This document shows, piece by piece, positions 1 through 10,100 of a stretch of DNA of 45,615 bases. The position numbers and the translations under genes are program-made. Source of the stretch: Candidatus Micrarchaeota archaeon (GTDB lineage: Archaea; Micrarchaeota; Micrarchaeia; Micrarchaeales; CABMGC01); assembly GCA_023270015.1 (NCBI GenBank), contig JAGDXZ010000030.1, positions 1-45,615 of the forward strand, given 5' to 3'. The notes under the pieces were generated by a model, which did no database searches, had not been told where the DNA came from, and worked only from the letters and a program-made list of their open reading frames with translations. Numbering within the stretch: the stretch's first letter is position 1; every line of letters begins with the position of its first letter.

Positions 1-128
1 ACATTTTTATCAATCGCACGCACTTGACAGAAATATTATTAGGGAAGAGGTATTTGGTAAAACGAGTTGTTCGCATGTTTGTTTACATTATCACTTCCCA
101 AATGCCCCAAAATGTATCCTCTTTGCGC

Positions 129-806
129 CTATCCCGATGTTCCATCTTGGCTTTCGACTTTGCTCCCCTTGGCACGCCGTCTCGATGCAATGATAAAAAT
201 AACGATGACAAGTATGATTACTATCGCACTCCCAAAAATCAACTCGATCAACTCGCTTGTTCCTGGTTTGCTGCTTTCAGGATGTGGACCAGGCCCCGGA
301 TACAGCTGTAGGGGAGAGTACGGCAGACCTGTAAGTTTGCTAAGGTACTTCAGAGGTAGGTTTGGAGAGATGTTTTTGCCTTCGGCAAGGATCTGGATTA
401 TCGAGTTGTTGGAAAGCACTGCGAGCAGAGCGAAAGAGCTGTTATAAAACTCAGTATGCAGCTCCAGCGGCCCAAACTGTGCGAAGTCGAATGACTTGTT
501 CAGTGCCTCTGGCGGAACCAACATGCCTGGTTGTAGCGCGTTTGATCCAAAGACAGCAGTATAGGTTTTTGAAGCATCTGAGTGGTTAAGGTAATTACTT
601 ATTCTCAGGGTTATCGTGTAGTTGGTTGTAGCATTGGTTGTTAAATTTATTATGTACTCGTATGCTGTTGTAAGATTATGGCAAAAAGTGCAATTGCCCC
701 CTTTCAACGCCTGCGTGGCATTTCCGCCTGCCAGGTATGTTTTGGGCAGGAGGCTGCCTATGCCAATCAGCATTATGAAGAGCGAAAACTGCAGGTATTC
801 TCTCAC
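129..806 (-). CDS. Membrane-anchored, probably N-glycosylated surface protein of unknown function
   Basis: Hydrophobic N-terminus, several N-x-S/T sequons, C-terminal TM helix followed by RRR; GTG start 8 bp downstream of the pilin-like adhesin gene. Confidence 0.75.
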   Translation of the reverse strand: MREYLQFSLFIMLIGIGSLLPKTYLAGGNATQALKGGNCTFCHNLTTAYEYIINLTTNATTNYTITLRISNYLNHSDASKTYTAVFGSNALQPGMLVPPEALNKSFDFAQFGPLELHTEFYNSSFALLAVLSNNSIIQILAEGKNISPNLPLKYLSKLTGLPYSPLQLYPGPGPHPESSKPGTSELIELIFGSAIVIILVIVIFIIASRRRAKGSKVESQDGTSG

Positions 807-814
807 GCCATCAC

Positions 815-2131
815 CTAAGTTTCATACACAGAATCAACATAGGTATATCCTTGATTGACCATGCAAGATGTGGTGCTATACTGGACCACTTTAATATACC
901 TGTACGTGCCTGTGATGGAGCTGGTTATTGGAGCACTAGAACTACCATAGCTTCCCGTGCCCGTAAACGTGTACGATGCGAAGTTTGTCCATGTGCTGCC
1001 ATCTGGCGAGGCATACCAGTTTATGCTGAAGTCTATGCAGTATCCACTGAAGCCACCGGTGACTTGTCCATACCACACGGCTGTGAACGTTCCCGTCAAA
1101 TCTGATCCGAAATCCCATACCCACGTTGCCCCCTCGTCTTGTTCTATCCACGCGTCATAAGTAGACATGTAGCCGTACACGCCATCAAGCACCAGCGTAT
1201 CTTGAGGATTGGTTTGCTTGTTGTTGTTCGATGGATACCAGCTTCCTTGAGTAGAAAAGCTTGGTAAAGATGGTGCGTAGAGTATAGTGGTTGCAGTTGT
1301 AGAGGTGGAAGTTGTCGTAGAGGTAGTGGAGATAGTAGAGGTAGTGGAGATAGTAGAGGTAGTGGAGATAGTAGAGGTGGAAGTTGTCGTAGAGGTAAAC
1401 AAAGCGTCTATAGTTCCATTGCCAGAAGCGATAAACGATGTTGATTGCGACACTGTACTACCTATGCTTATGTTTGCAGTGGTAATCCATTGTCCGAATG
1501 AATAGTATTTGTTAGGCGGAATGGCGAATAAGCTGTATTGGATTCCACTTATTACAGGCACAAGTGCATTGTTTGAATAATGGATTCCGTAGACTGCTAT
1601 TGATCCGTTTGGAGGATTTGTTTTAATAGTGATCGAATCGATAAGCTTCTTGTAATTTCCTACATATGCAATAGCGAAGCCACTCGTATTATATACTGTA
1701 TTGTGACATGCGCCGTTGCTGCATAGTTTATAAGATATGGCAAATGGAACATATTCCTGACTTCCTACTGGCAAAACAATATGCGGCATTCTTGAAATGC
1801 AAACTACTAATGCACCGTTGATTGCATTCGCAGGCAGACACGTACCAGTGGAATTGTAATTTGCAATACGTGCATATATGCCATTATTTGAGAGACTCAT
1901 CAGCGTACCTAAATTATTTACAAATATCAGTGCAGCCACACTTCCAGATGAATTAGACAAAATGCTTAGGCCATAGCACGGCAAGGATGGAGATATATAG
2001 CACGACGAAGGAGAAAAACTGCTGAACGACTTTGAAGAAACTAAAATAATTACGATGCCTATAAAAATTGCTAATATTATAAATGCCCAACCATAAGTTG
2101 TAAGGAATTCGATTGCAGATTGCACTCGCAT
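815..2131 (-). CDS. Class III signal-peptide (pilin-like) modular surface protein: pilin domain, beta-repeat, Thr/Ser stalk and C-terminal beta-sandwich (discoidin/F5-8-like) domain
   Basis: N-terminus MRV-QSAIEFLTTYGWA plus TM helix; Cys pattern shared with 15149..15631; poly-T/S linker; C-terminal WYASPDGSTWT...YRYIKV motif typical of F5/8-type domains. Confidence 0.75.
   Translation of the reverse strand: MRVQSAIEFLTTYGWAFIILAIFIGIVIILVSSKSFSSFSPSSCYISPSLPCYGLSILSNSSGSVAALIFVNNLGTLMSLSNNGIYARIANYNSTGTCLPANAINGALVVCISRMPHIVLPVGSQEYVPFAISYKLCSNGACHNTVYNTSGFAIAYVGNYKKLIDSITIKTNPPNGSIAVYGIHYSNNALVPVISGIQYSLFAIPPNKYYSFGQWITTANISIGSTVSQSTSFIASGNGTIDALFTSTTTSTSTISTTSTISTTSTISTTSTTTSTSTTATTILYAPSLPSFSTQGSWYPSNNNKQTNPQDTLVLDGVYGYMSTYDAWIEQDEGATWVWDFGSDLTGTFTAVWYGQVTGGFSGYCIDFSINWYASPDGSTWTNFASYTFTGTGSYGSSSAPITSSITGTYRYIKVVQYSTTSCMVNQGYTYVDSVYET
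1299..1397. repeat. 18-bp in-frame tandem repeat (about 5.5 units) encoding the Thr/Ser linker
   Basis: Units GTAGAGGTGGAAGTTGTC (1299, 1371) flank three exact GTAGAGGTAGTGGAGATA copies (1317, 1335, 1353), with a partial unit at 1389. Confidence 0.95.
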
Positions 2132-2530
2132 TTTTTCTCACAAATAGTGGTCTGTTTTATTTTATATGTTTTTCGCTCGCTTTATGAGGAACTGTTTGAT
2201 CTTATCGCATTTTCCAAATGCTCCTAGCGAGATCTTAGCGCTGACTATCTTAACATTATTCTAAGGAGTAGTGTAGGTAGAGTGTAATGGAGGTAGACTA
2301 GCTGTCACATCATTTGTTGTTTGTTCTTCTCAACACTATTCAGCCTAAATGCGCTATACCCTCTCTGTTCGCAGGTTTTAGGGCAGACTACAGTATCAGA
2401 AATCCTGCCTTTTTATTGCGTCAAGCACTGAAAAGGTAGCATTCACATTTACTTTGTTATTAAAACTGCGAAGGGATATTTTATTATTTTTCATAGTGTT
2501 AATGACGTTAGTATTATTGCAAGTTTTATT

Positions 2531-3052
2531 CTATCTTTTAAAGATTAGACCGTAATGATACGGGCCTGGCTTAAACTCATTCTCAAGCTTGAAGTCTTTG
2601 AAAATTGATAGGTAATCCTCTTTTGACATTCTTATCCATATTGGCGGGCCGAACGCTGTTTCTGTCTTTTCCCAGTCAATTATTATCACCTTGCCATTCT
2701 GCTTTAGGATCCGCAATATTTCCTGGTATACTGCCTCTCTATCCATATCGTGGAATGAGTTTGCGAGCAATACCGCATCTAAGCTGCTAGCGGGTATTGA
2801 AGTGTGCGCGGCGTCCTCGTTCAAGAAAACAACGTTGTCTGCTTTTATGTTTTGTCTTGCTTCTTCTATCGCCTCTGCATCAATTTCAACACAGTAAACT
2901 TTTGCTGCTAAGTCTTTGAGATATTGGCAGTAGAAGCCTGCGCCGCAGCCCAGCTCAGCCACCGTATCTTCTTTGCTTATTATCTCTTGCAAATACCCTT
3001 TTGGATTTTCGCCAAGGGCTTGGCGCATGCGTGCGCCATGCTGGTAGTGCAA
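2531..3052 (-). CDS. Class I SAM-dependent methyltransferase
   Basis: VAELGCGAG motif I, VYCVEID, LDAVLL...FHD, ILRILKQNGKVIIIDW. Confidence 0.9.
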   Translation of the reverse strand: MHYQHGARMRQALGENPKGYLQEIISKEDTVAELGCGAGFYCQYLKDLAAKVYCVEIDAEAIEEARQNIKADNVVFLNEDAAHTSIPASSLDAVLLANSFHDMDREAVYQEILRILKQNGKVIIIDWEKTETAFGPPIWIRMSKEDYLSIFKDFKLENEFKPGPYHYGLIFKR

Positions 3053-3622
3053 TCAATCGCCCAGCTTGTTTGCAAGCTCCCTTAAGGCATCAAGGCGCCT
3101 TTTCTGCTCGCTGCTGATGCTTGGATCTTTTTCCAGCTCATTTATTTCGGCAAGGATCCTTTCCTTTATTCCTTCCTTATCTTCATGCCCTGCCTGCTGA
3201 CTGCTTGTTCGCTCTAAGAGCGAGCTTAGCGGAAACCATTCTTCTATTTCTGCAAGTACCTGCTTGCCCTTGTCAGTTATTTCGTAGTATTTGCCTTCTT
3301 CGCTCTCGCTTCTCTTCAGGTAGCCCTCGTCTACGAGCCTGTCAAGCTCGAAGTAGACATGGCCTGGAGAAGGCCTCCAGCAGCCATGGCTCAATTGCTC
3401 CATGTTGTTCATTATGTCTGCGCCTCTTATCTTTTGCCTGCTAGCCATTGCCAAAATGAAGTACTTCAAGCCAAAGCCGTACCTGTAGCCGCGCTCGTGC
3501 ATATCGCTATGCATTCCTGCATGCCTCATTCCCATGCCGCGCATGCCCATGCCATAGCCGCGCATTCCGCGGCCGTAGCCTCTGCCATATCCATATTCTT
3601 CGTTTTCGTTTTCAGAGTTCAT
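3053..3622 (-). CDS. PadR-family transcriptional regulator with Gly/Met/Arg/His-rich N-terminal tail
   Basis: WRPSPGHVYFELDRLVDEGYL...YYEITDKG winged-helix signature; abuts the methyltransferase gene. Confidence 0.9.
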   Translation of the reverse strand: MNSENENEEYGYGRGYGRGMRGYGMGMRGMGMRHAGMHSDMHERGYRYGFGLKYFILAMASRQKIRGADIMNNMEQLSHGCWRPSPGHVYFELDRLVDEGYLKRSESEEGKYYEITDKGKQVLAEIEEWFPLSSLLERTSSQQAGHEDKEGIKERILAEINELEKDPSISSEQKRRLDALRELANKLGD

Positions 3623-3637
3623 GTTATCATCTTTTTC

Positions 3638-3673
3638 AGATATCTATTATAGATATATCTAATTCAGATATAT
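3638..3673. promoter_or_regulatory. Cluster of AGATAT(AT)CT palindromes upstream of the PadR gene; candidate operator
   Basis: AGATATCT 3638-3645, TAGATATATCTA 3650-3661 (perfect 12-bp palindrome), AGATATAT 3666-3673. Confidence 0.55.
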
Positions 3674-3785
3674 AAGCCTTTCTGTGCACCTTGTCCTACG
3701 TTACATAAGAAGTGTGGATTTTTGACTGTCAAGTTTTGTCAAAAATTGATAGTACGACAATGACATATCCATAATCTTTATTTAA

Positions 3786-4463
3786 GTGTCGAAATTTGGA
3801 GAAAAATCATTTAAAACTTTACTGACAAAAAGCAAATTGGGTGTTACCATCGAAAAGAGAACAAAAGGGCAGGTTATTGAGACTAAAAATGGAGAGAGTT
3901 TAGAAGACTTGTTGAAAGAAAACAGTCCGGAGAAAATCAAAGCAATTCTAAACGACAAAAATACAATGTCAGAAATCCTCAAATTTGGATATGCTCTCAT
4001 TGTTAAAGAGGCTCAAAAACAGCTGGATATGAAGATGAGAAAAAGGGAGCATAGCATTCCTAACGAAAGCTCAGTAAGAGAGGTATTAAAATACTTAGGC
4101 AATCTAGATGCGTTTGAAAGAGAATTTGGAATAAGCTTTGCGAATTTGATACGCGACTCTATCAACGGAAACGGCTATCCATACGATCTGCTAACATATG
4201 TAGTGCTAGTTGTCATTCAGGTGGCTTCACAAATGGAGAAAGAATGGTCGCAAGAAAACAAGAAAATAAAAAACCTAAATTTTGGCCCTGAAATCGTCAG
4301 GCTAGGCCTTAAGCTTTCTAATGCCAAAGACCACAATACAGTCAAACAGATTGGAGGCAGCGCCCTTGGAATAATAATCTATTCTGAAGCAATAAGGATA
4401 GACGGCGGCTCCGGAGGGGCTGTTCCTCAATTACACAAAGACAACCCTACAACGTTCATCTGA
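3786..4463 (+). CDS. Hypothetical protein
   Basis: 225-codon ORF with protein-like composition filling the gap; no recognised motif. Confidence 0.7.
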   Translation: MSKFGEKSFKTLLTKSKLGVTIEKRTKGQVIETKNGESLEDLLKENSPEKIKAILNDKNTMSEILKFGYALIVKEAQKQLDMKMRKREHSIPNESSVREVLKYLGNLDAFEREFGISFANLIRDSINGNGYPYDLLTYVVLVVIQVASQMEKEWSQENKKIKNLNFGPEIVRLGLKLSNAKDHNTVKQIGGSALGIIIYSEAIRIDGGSGGAVPQLHKDNPTTFI

Positions 4464-4469
4464 CGCTTG

Positions 4470-5654
4470 TCACTTTTGTGAGTCTTTCTTGAAGAGAAAC
4501 TTGTAGCACACGCCGCTTGCAAATTGGAAAAGGCCACCTAAGAGCAGAGGTAGTGGTAGAGAGATATCCATCAAATAGCCAGATGCTCCAGCGCTCAGTT
4601 GGGCTATCCTTGTAGCAGTTCCTTGTATGCTAGATGCTGTGCCGTAATCCTCATTGCTTATCCCTCTTATGTTAACGTTGGTCCTGCTCGGGCTTCCGAA
4701 ACCCAATACTATAGATCTGACAAGGTAGAAAACTGCAGCCAAAATAAAGTAGGGCGAAAGAGCCACTGCCAACACGAGCACCGCACCAACGATTCTCGTT
4801 TCAGCCACAACATTTAGCAATCTGAACTTGTATGAGTATTTCATTGAAAGATAAAGCCCCAACGCTGTAAACAAATACACTGCTGTAAAAAGAAGGCCTA
4901 TTCCAAAGCTGTTTGCATTGTATCTGAGTTTTAGCCAAAGTGGGAGCAAGGGAAGTATGAGCCCAGTCCCAGCTCCACCCAGAGCGTTTACGATTATTAC
5001 CTTCTTCAAATATTGCCAGCTTTCCATCCTCATTATTCTGGTCGTTTTCTTTTTCTTGCCGACTTCATTAAGCTTTGAGAGGAGGAGCACCGAAACGCCC
5101 ACGAGAATCGTAGATGTTGCAAACAAAAGTCTATAGGCAGAAAGCAGACCAAACAACCTACCCAGTTCTGAGACTGAGCTGAACATTATGCTCCCCCCAA
5201 TGGCTGACACTGAAGCAACCAAACTTACTGATGAGAACTTCTTTACACGCTCGCGCTCGTCTCTGTAATTGTTGGCTATGAATGCACTCGAACCTGGAGA
5301 AAAGGAACCGCGCATGCCTCCGGCGCTGCCACTCAGACCTGCAAGAATCATGCCAATTACTATTAAAGGCACGCTAGCTGAAAACGCTATGATTGCCAAG
5401 CCCACAAAAGTTACTGTTTCACCTATTATCATCTCTGTCTTGAAGCCTTTCCGGTCACCAATGGCTCCATACAGCAGGGTAAGAAATATTGTGGAGAAGA
5501 GCACTAGAGCTGCCACAAGCCCTATTTTTACTAAACTTACGTGCAAGGCAGAAAGATACAGAGAAAAGGCCAAGCTGGAATATATCAAAGCTATGCTTCT
5601 TAGAGCTCTTGAATAAAGAAGGTACTTGAATGTTCTCTCTATTTCCTCAGTCAA
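4470..5654 (-). CDS. MFS transporter (likely TTG start at 5654; the ORF-track extension to 6032 is spurious)
   Basis: About 12 hydrophobic segments; motif A-like GAIGDRKGFK; the upstream part of the ORF overlaps the divergent aminotransferase. Confidence 0.85.
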   Translation of the reverse strand: MTEEIERTFKYLLYSRALRSIALIYSSLAFSLYLSALHVSLVKIGLVAALVLFSTIFLTLLYGAIGDRKGFKTEMIIGETVTFVGLAIIAFSASVPLIVIGMILAGLSGSAGGMRGSFSPGSSAFIANNYRDERERVKKFSSVSLVASVSAIGGSIMFSSVSELGRLFGLLSAYRLLFATSTILVGVSVLLLSKLNEVGKKKKTTRIMRMESWQYLKKVIIVNALGGAGTGLILPLLPLWLKLRYNANSFGIGLLFTAVYLFTALGLYLSMKYSYKFRLLNVVAETRIVGAVLVLAVALSPYFILAAVFYLVRSIVLGFGSPSRTNVNIRGISNEDYGTASSIQGTATRIAQLSAGASGYLMDISLPLPLLLGGLFQFASGVCYKFLFKKDSQK

Positions 5655-5792
5655 GCAATCGCATGAATTTTCTCGTAAAAATAATATAAGATTAACCAGA
5701 CTGCACCGAATGTAGGATAGGAAGAAGAAAGAAGAAAAGAAAACAAAAGCAGAAATATTAAGATGAAGGTAGACAATCCATAAGGTGGCGCT

Positions 5793-7115
5793 ATGATAAG
5801 GATCGGTAGAAGGGTAAAAGGCATAATAGAAAGAGACAAAAAAGTTATTTTTACAACCACACGTAGCTTGTATCCTTTTGTCGCTGATAGGTTTGACGGC
5901 TATTACGCATATGACATAGAAGGAAACAAGTTCCTTGATTTCTCCACATTCATCTCCATCTACAACTTCGGCAGAGAGGGTCTGGAACTTGCAAGGCGGG
6001 CTATCAAGCTGCAGGTCGACAAACTTATGCATTCTGCCTTCCAGGATTTCTATGCAGAACTGCCAGTGGTCACCGCTGAGAAGCTTATAAGCCTGCTTCC
6101 AAACGGCTTTGGCAGAGTTTTCTTCTCCAACTCAGGCACAGAAGCCAACGAGGACGCAATAAAGCTTGCAAGGCTTTTTACCAAAAGGCCGTATTTGCTT
6201 GCATTTTACAACTCCTTCCACGGCCGCTCGCTCGGCTCGCTATCGATGACGTCTAGCAAAGTTGCACAGCGCGCACATCTTGGCCCCTTTGTGGGCTTTT
6301 ACCATGCGTTTTATCCGAATCCTTACCGCTGCCCATTCCACTCCTCTAGCCCAGAAGAGTGCGCAGAGGAAAGTTTGGACTTCATAGAAAACTTCTTGTT
6401 CAGGAAGGTAGTATCTCCTGAGGAAATAGCGGGCATATTCGTAGAGCCGGTACAGGGCGAAGGCGGCTACATAGTGCCGCCCAAGGAGTTTATTATAGGC
6501 CTAAGAAAGCTGGCAGACGAGCACAATATTCTGCTTATTGATGACGAGATACAGGCCGGGCTTATGAGAACAGGCAAGTTTGTAGCAATGGACCATTTCG
6601 GCGTAAAGGCAGACATATACACATTTGCAAAGGCGCTTGGTGGAGGCCTGCCGCTAGGGGCTACAGTAGCAAAGAGGAGCCTTGGAGACACGCCCGAAGG
6701 CTCGCATGCTGGCACGTTCGGGGGCAATTTGCTAAGCATAGCTGCATCGAACGCGCTGCTTGATTACATAAAGAGGAACAGAGCAAAGCTTGAGCAGATG
6801 GCAGCAAGGAAAGGGTCTATGATACTTAAGAGGCTAAACGAAATGAGGGAAAGCTACGAGCTTGTGGGCGACGCTAGGGGGCTAGGCATGATGCTGGCAA
6901 TAGAGCTAGTAAAGAGCAAAGAAAGCAAAGAGCCTGCTACAAAGGAGCGTGAGGCTGTGCTTAACAAGTGCTTCGAAAAGGGCTTGATTCTGCTCGGAAG
7001 CGGCGAGTCATCAATAAGGATAATACCTGCAATAACAATGCCTGAAGAGCTAATAAACAAAGGGCTAGACGTGCTCGAAGAAGCCATAAAGGAGGTTTCA
7101 AACAAAGGCGCTTAG
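5793..7115 (+). CDS. Class III PLP-dependent aminotransferase (ornithine/4-aminobutyrate type)
   Basis: NSGTEANE, SFHGRS, EPVQGEGG, DEIQAGLMRTG, PLP-lysine in FAKALGGG. Confidence 0.93.
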   Translation: MIRIGRRVKGIIERDKKVIFTTTRSLYPFVADRFDGYYAYDIEGNKFLDFSTFISIYNFGREGLELARRAIKLQVDKLMHSAFQDFYAELPVVTAEKLISLLPNGFGRVFFSNSGTEANEDAIKLARLFTKRPYLLAFYNSFHGRSLGSLSMTSSKVAQRAHLGPFVGFYHAFYPNPYRCPFHSSSPEECAEESLDFIENFLFRKVVSPEEIAGIFVEPVQGEGGYIVPPKEFIIGLRKLADEHNILLIDDEIQAGLMRTGKFVAMDHFGVKADIYTFAKALGGGLPLGATVAKRSLGDTPEGSHAGTFGGNLLSIAASNALLDYIKRNRAKLEQMAARKGSMILKRLNEMRESYELVGDARGLGMMLAIELVKSKESKEPATKEREAVLNKCFEKGLILLGSGESSIRIIPAITMPEELINKGLDVLEEAIKEVSNKGA

Positions 7116-10100
7116 GTCGAACTGCCTCTGCAAAGGCTTTGCTGCTTCTTGCTTTTTCTCTCTTTCTGCTTCGTTTTCCTCCTTAGGCAAGGTAACGCTA
7201 CCAAACACCTGTTCTATCTCATCCTTTAGAAGCTGGAGCCTTTGCTTGGTATATACATCAATGTTATACTTCTCAGCAAGGCCTATAGCAACCCACAGAT
7301 ATTTCTCTATGCCTCCTTTGGAGATTGTAAGCAGGAGCTTGCCTCCGCACTTTGTGCATTTGCCAGTTAGAGGCACCCGCCTGTATTTTGCATTGCACAC
7401 GGCGCAGCGGAACTGTTGCTTTGAGAATGAATGCAGATTGCCCATAAGATCTGGGATGAAATGGCTGAGTATAAGCCTCTTAGCTGCATCACGCTTGTCA
7501 ATGGAATAGAGCATATCTATCAGCTTGAACTCGGCATCAATTTTTTCCTGCATTGATTTGAGAAGAACATACTTGCTTCTTTTCGGCGCGCTCACTATTG
7601 CGTTTATACTAGACTCGTGCGTAAAGCCCAAGCTAGCATAGGCCTGCTCTCCGCCAAGCCTTGACTCTACAATATCTAGCTTGACATCTCCCGGCATTGC
7701 CTGCGCATTGGTTTTTTCATAGAACTCAAGCGGATAGCTCGTTTCGAGCTCCATTGAATATACTTCATCATCAACCTCTTCTGGAAACACGTGCGTTGTA
7801 AGCAGAAGTGGTGCATCCATCGTTCCCCCGATGCTTGCAGGCAAGTATCGCCTTGAGAAGTTGAGAAGGGCGTCGAGCAGAAGCATAGTAGTGTCTTCGT
7901 CGCCGTCTGTGTTCCTCCTTCTTGCTGAAATTGTATAAGGATGTGCAAACCCTACGTTGGCTTCTGTTATGCCCACTACTCTATTGAGCACTGCGCAAGA
8001 AGTGTGCGGCGAAAGCGTTATTACCAAATGCCCTATAAGATCTTCGGGCGCATGTATGTTGTAGAACCTTGGCAGGCCGTAGTACCTTTCTAGCAGGTCG
8101 TCTACAAACTGTGCGACTTTGACAAAGTACTCTGCACCCCTTCTGTTGAGTATTACGTCCTGGTGCCTAAGCTCTACCAGCTGCTCCTCGCTAGTAAGCG
8201 CATTGCCTAGATAATCCTTGTCATAGCCCAGCTCCCTAAGCTTTTCCACGCTCACATGCATCTCTTTAGGATAGAAATGGGTTATCGGAGCGTCGGTAGC
8301 ATCAAACCTTATGGTTCCGTCTTTGAATACATACACGTCATGCATTGCGCGGAGTATGCCTTTCTCTATCGACTCTGCAATCTTGTCCTTGTTAATAAGC
8401 CCCTTTACCCCTTTAACGAGCTTTGGGACTTGGCTAAGCCCTAGCCTCTTCAAAGCACCTGATAGCATCTTGCTTATGTCTATATCTATCTCTCCATAGG
8501 TCTTGCCTGCTTCGTCTGGCTCAACATATGTAGGCACGCCGCAATCGTAGCAGAAAGGAGTGCCAACTATTCTTTTGCAGACTGGGCACTTGTATCTTGC
8601 GATCTCAACCGTTATTTCCTGCTTTGTGAAGCCTTCAGCCTGCTTTGCAGAAGCCACAACTACATTCCTGTCCCTTCCTCCGAAGCTGCTTATCGGAAAC
8701 AGGGCGTTTGGCGCGGGCTTCATCAACCTTTCCCTTGCTTTCTCAGGCCTTCCTATCCTTGCGCCAATGAAGGTTGACCTTTTAGGGAGTTTGACAGGAG
8801 AAACGGCATTAACGGCATCAAGCGCACTGCTTGCTTTCTCTATAGCATCCAGCAATCTTTGAAGCTTACTGGTAACATGCATCTCGTCATCGACGAAGCC
8901 TAGGGAAATAAGCAGGCTTTTGGCATAGCCCCCTTCTATTACCATCTTTCCTTCGCGGATCCTGTGCGGCACAGCCAAAAGCTCAAGTACAGATTTAACA
9001 TCCTTATTGTATTCAAGGGCAAGGCTCTCTATGCTGTCAAGCCTTTCATTTGGCAGTTGGCTTGAGATCGCGTTGGCGAGCAGAGAAAGCTCAGCAAGAG
9101 TAATCGCCTGAAATTCAAACAAGAACCTTGGATGCATCGGCACTCCATACTTCATAGAATAGGAAAGCGCAGTGTCAAAGTCCATATCCCGAATTTCATT
9201 GTAGCTGAGTTCTATTCCTTTAGACCTTAACTCTGCCTGCCAAAATTCTTCCACGTAGCTGCTAGGCTGCAACTGCGTGTTCGTTTTTCTAAAGTCCCCA
9301 AAGGTAATCAGAATGTCGCCAACGTAGAGAATTTCATCAACGTTGTCCTTCAGGGCATAAGCCTCTTCGGCAGAGTTTATTCTTAATGCATCGCCATTTT
9401 TGAGCCTTACAAACGGCCCTTCGATGGAATCTACAGGCATTGCTACACAGCCTTTTCCAGGCAGCTCCACTTTAAGCTGTGTACCAATTGCGATGAACTC
9501 ATCAAGCAGCACCATGGAAGCAGGGCTAAACCCTTTAGCGGCTATGCCTGTGAGCCTGCTTCTGCCATATCTGAGCCTAAACCCTCCAACATGCCTTGGA
9601 TAAGCAAGAATAGGCCTGCCTGCTACAAGCTCCTCCAAAAAGCCTTCATAAACGTCAGTTACCTCCTGCTGCACTGTTGGTTTCTCAACCTTTATCACAT
9701 TGTTAAGCCAGCTCCAATCTAGGCCTACTTTTTTGGTTTCTCTGAGAACGCTCTTTGCCTTCTGTATTATGCTGCTCACAACCAGTGGCACGCCGCTCCT
9801 TATTCTATTTTCTAGCTGGACTGTGCGGCCATCTGCCCTTCTGCGCTGTATGTTCGTGTGCACACTTACTTCCAGCTTTTCGCTCGCTATGCCATCTATG
9901 CAAACTCCGCAATTTTCCAATACAACATGCATCTCGTCCTCGCTTGGCATGTATTGAAGCCTTGCAATTTCTGAGTTGTAGAGGGTAATTTCTTCAATAT
10001 ACCTGCCTATCTCTTCTTGAGTCGCCTTGTAGGAGCTTATGCCGAAAAACTTCCTTGCATAATCTGCCAGCGCTACTGAAAGGGCTACAGAAGTGCCGCC

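Noticed and set aside
1299..1397. Possible CRISPR array or DGR repeat
   Set aside because: Units are contiguous with no spacers and in frame within a gene; no cas or reverse transcriptase gene, and no adenine-specific mismatched repeat pair seen
2132..2530. 400-bp gene-free gap; a short minus-strand frame reads KVNVNATFSVLDAIKRQDF, faintly like an NAD-dependent epimerase segment
   Set aside because: Only about 30 codons with no flanking motifs; cannot support a pseudogene or ncRNA call without a translated search
5655..6032. ORF-track N-terminal extension of the MFS gene
   Set aside because: Overlaps the divergent aminotransferase gene and its purine-rich promoter region; the transporter sequence starts near TTG 5654
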